DNA of 64,000 nucleotides from an uncultured cyanobacterium (GTDB lineage Bacteria; Cyanobacteriota; Cyanobacteriia; Cyanobacteriales; CAWCAG01): NCBI GenBank assembly GCA_963793425.1, contig CAWCAG010000005.1, positions 1,472,001 to 1,536,000 of the forward strand, read 5' to 3'. Shown piece by piece: positions 61,085 to 64,000 of this stretch (position 1 is its first letter; each line of letters starts with the position of its first letter). The notes under the pieces were generated by a model. It saw only the letters and a program-made list of their open reading frames with translations, ran no database searches and was not told where the DNA came from. The position numbers and the translations under genes were made by a program.

Positions 61085-62016
61085 AAACGACCTCCTAAGT
61101 TGTGTGACGAGCGCTTAACTGTCCGGTGTGGGATGATGCTTTTATCTAATTCGATAGAGATAAATTGCATCCGGAAGTGATGTTAATCACTGACTGTAAA
61201 TATACATTGAGTAAGGCACAAGGGAAAGATTACCCTGGTTTTTGAATTTCGACAAGTGTTGGTTAGGAAATTAATTTCTTTCGCCTAGTGCTTTTGTTAG
61301 TAGACCCTATGAAAGGTGACAGTTTTAAACGCTTTAATTAATTTGATGTTTACGGTGTTTCCTGGTTGATTTTAAGTATTCACTAGCTAATAGTTCTAGA
61401 AATTAGTGTATGAGACTACATACCCCTTTAAACAATATAGCTCCGGAACAAAACTTAAACTCAAAGGTCAATAATAGCAGTTACTAGTTAAAAGACAACA
61501 AATTGGCTAGTTCAGTAACAAGGGAAAGATTTAGATACAGTTAGCTACGAAATACCCTACTGATGGTTGTATTAAATGACTTACTTTCTGTAGCTAGAGA
61601 CAGTTCAAATCCTTGTCTGGCTTGGAGTCAGTGTTAAGCAAATAAGCTGCTTAAATATCTACTTAACCTTCCTGTAATGATGACAAAAATTTATCTCCTA
61701 AGTTCCTCAACTTAAGCTAGGTTTCATAGATATTTCTTATCGGAAAAGCTGTATTTAGTATTCTATATAACTGATAAGTCAGATGATTAGAGTTTCTAAA
61801 CTCTTGGATAACAAATCTTAAGGGGATAATTTGTCAGCAGCAGAGAAACTAATCCTAGTTTCACTTTCCTCTTAACTTAGGGGCATTAGCTATATATGAA
61901 TAGATATAGATGAAGCCCTACTTAATACAGTTCTAAAAACGGTATATGCCCTCTTTGCTAGGTGCATTTGGATATAGAGAGATAAGAATACTAAGAAGTT
62001 ATATAGATAAAGATTG

Positions 62017-62493
62017 TTAACTACAGCCCAATTGTCGGCGTGCTTCAAACAACCCCACAGCAGCACTAACGGAAAGATTTAAACTACGTACTTTCGGTTG
62101 ACTCATCGGTATGAAAACCATTGTTTGGCAAATTTCCATGACGGTTTGAGGTAAACCCTGAGTTTCGCTGCCAAACAACAACCAGTCACTGGCTTGAAAG
62201 CTAAAATCTGTATAGCTTTGGACTCCGCGTACACTAAAGCCAATTAATCTTCCTCCCACTTTTTGTTGGAATGCCAGAAATGCTTCCCAGTCTTGATGTT
62301 GGTGTAATTTGACATGAGGCCAGTAATCTAAACCAGCTCGCTTGAGATAGCGATCGCTAATTTCAAAGCCCAAAGGTGCAACTAAATGAAGTTCTGTCCC
62401 TGTAGCAGCACAAGTGCGAGCAATATTGCCAGTATTGGGGGGGATTTGGGGGTTGACAAGCACAAGTTTTGGCATAATCTTCTTAAGACGCAC
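62017..62493 (-). CDS. trmL: tRNA (cytidine(34)-2'-O)-methyltransferase
   Basis: PQIPPNTGNIARTC, KRAGLDYW, FGSETQGL, RSLNLS. Confidence 0.95.
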   Translation of the reverse strand: MRLKKIMPKLVLVNPQIPPNTGNIARTCAATGTELHLVAPLGFEISDRYLKRAGLDYWPHVKLHQHQDWEAFLAFQQKVGGRLIGFSVRGVQSYTDFSFQASDWLLFGSETQGLPQTVMEICQTMVFIPMSQPKVRSLNLSVSAAVGLFEARRQLGCS

Positions 62494-62728
62494 CTATTCG
62501 TTTTTCTTAGCCATAGCATCACTCTTTAGATAGTACTTTATTCTCTCTTAAGATTGATTTTATCTAAAACATTCCTTATTTCTTAAGGAAACATATAGTT
62601 TTTTTTTATAGGTATGTTTGTAAGTGGATTGATTAGAATTTCATGACTTTGAAAAAGGTGTTAAACGATTACTGATTAGTATTGAACATGGAGTCTATAA
62701 GCTTTACTGTCAGAGACTTAGCTCAAAA

Positions 62729-63868
62729 TCAAGCCACCAGAAGCTGACAGAGTTTATCTTCCAATTCATGTTCTTGTTGAGCCATTTCTTGGCTACCTTT
62801 AGCTAGTATTTGTGAAATAGTTTTTCCTTGGTTGTATTGTTTCAACCATTGCTGGGCAGTGTTACCTTCTCGGAAAATTTTCTTTAAGGGAGAGAGAAAA
62901 CAGCTATAACCATTTTTCTTCGCAACAGGCCAGACTTGTTGATAAATTTGTTCCAGCCACTCTTGGGCCAAAATCGGTTGACCATCTTGCCAGTGGTGTA
63001 GCTGGGCTTCAAGACTATTAACGGCTACGGCTTGTTCATTAGCATTAGTTAAAACGATTAACTCTTCTGGAGAAAACTTACTACTCACTAAAGGATCAAG
63101 ACTAGGGTCAGAGAACATTTGTTTTAAACGCGCTTCCAACAAAGCCATAACTGCTAGTAAAGCGAGAGGATCTACCATTAAGTCGCAAATCCTCAATTCT
63201 AAACGATTAAGGTTATAAGGACGGCGATCACCATTTGGTCTTACAGATGACCAAAGATGGCGAACATTTCGCATTGTTCCTGCTGATAATTGTTCTTCAG
63301 TCCACCGGATGAAGTGAGAGTGACTTTCAAACAAAGGTACGTGGGCAGGAGTTTGAGGGAAGGTATGCCAGCGTGTGGAATGGTAACCTGTCGCTTTACC
63401 TCCCAAAAAAGGAGAAGAAGCGCTCAAAGCCAGGTAAAGAGGTGCTTCAACTCTAATTAACCGACAGGCCTTCATTAATAATTCTGGGTCGTCAATACCG
63501 ACATTAATATGGATGCTGGCCGTAACAACCGTTGTGCCGTAGGTTTTTTCGATGTAGCTATGATAAGGATTTTTTGGATCAGAACGATAAAAGCGGCTAG
63601 TATCTCCTAAAGATAAAGTACTACCGGGAATTAAAGTATAGTTACCTAACTTTTTTAAATAATTTCTCAGATTTTGTCGCGGACGTACCAAGGCGCAAAG
63701 CAAGCGATCATAACAATATAAAGGTGCGGTAGTATATTCCACATTACGACTGTCTGGTTCCCGTACAAAGCCTTGTAAGTCGGCAACAATACGGTCTGAT
63801 AGACCGACAATTTCTCCTTGAGGAGTGCCGGTATACATTTCAACTTCAAAGCCTTTGGATAGTAGCAC
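62729..63868 (-). CDS. gshA: glutamate--cysteine ligase (cyanobacterial type)
   Basis: LSKGFEVEMY, REPDSRNVEY, ASIHIN, LSASSPF, WSSVRPNG, RLELRICD. Confidence 0.92.
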   Translation of the reverse strand: MLLSKGFEVEMYTGTPQGEIVGLSDRIVADLQGFVREPDSRNVEYTTAPLYCYDRLLCALVRPRQNLRNYLKKLGNYTLIPGSTLSLGDTSRFYRSDPKNPYHSYIEKTYGTTVVTASIHINVGIDDPELLMKACRLIRVEAPLYLALSASSPFLGGKATGYHSTRWHTFPQTPAHVPLFESHSHFIRWTEEQLSAGTMRNVRHLWSSVRPNGDRRPYNLNRLELRICDLMVDPLALLAVMALLEARLKQMFSDPSLDPLVSSKFSPEELIVLTNANEQAVAVNSLEAQLHHWQDGQPILAQEWLEQIYQQVWPVAKKNGYSCFLSPLKKIFREGNTAQQWLKQYNQGKTISQILAKGSQEMAQQEHELEDKLCQLLVA

Positions 63869-64000
63869 GATATTTTCACCTGATGAACTAAAGACGGCCA
63901 GCAGTCTACAAAGAAATTTTCAAAGGGCAGCTAGTCCACTCTCTAAGTCTAGACTACTAAAGATCATTCCCGTTTGTCCTTTGCCTAAAGTGAGAAAGCT

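Noticed and set aside
13089..63879. Many short ORFs antisense to or nested in housekeeping genes (e.g. 13832..14194, 22952..23302, 51175..51537, 57764..58018)
   Set aside because: They overlap confidently identified genes and carry no motifs; shadow ORFs

Overview
Cyanobacterial chromosomal segment, judged by abundant HIP1 octamers (GCGATCGC), STRR-type short tandem repeats and cyanobacteria-typical genes. Most of it is housekeeping: ppk1, fabD, folP, rnc, ygfZ-like, queE, mog, cysS, thiL, a CYP38/TLP40-like PPIase, menG, der, an ECF T-component, menH, an ABC1 kinase, recA, tRNA-Met(CAT), a LysM-M23 peptidase, trmL and gshA. Accessory content: (i) an MFS / Rieske oxygenase / serine-palmitoyltransferase-like AOS enzyme / bCerS-like GNAT cluster resembling a ceramide or amino-lipid pathway (36.3-41.4 kb); (ii) a putative polymorphic toxin-immunity cassette whose toxin has a DUF4157/eCIS-type leader but no DUF4157 core, bracketed by a duplicated promoter-like repeat with one copy split by an IS630 relic (29.5-34.0 kb); (iii) an orphan CRISPR array of about 40 type I-D-like repeats with leader and no cas genes in the window; (iv) an adjacent gene pair sharing an N/G-rich amyloid-signalling-like motif (7.5-8.8 kb); (v) REP-like palindromic elements, ISL3 and IS605-end relics and several frameshifted genes, some of which may be assembly indels. 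All family calls come from motif recognition by eye; no database searches were run.
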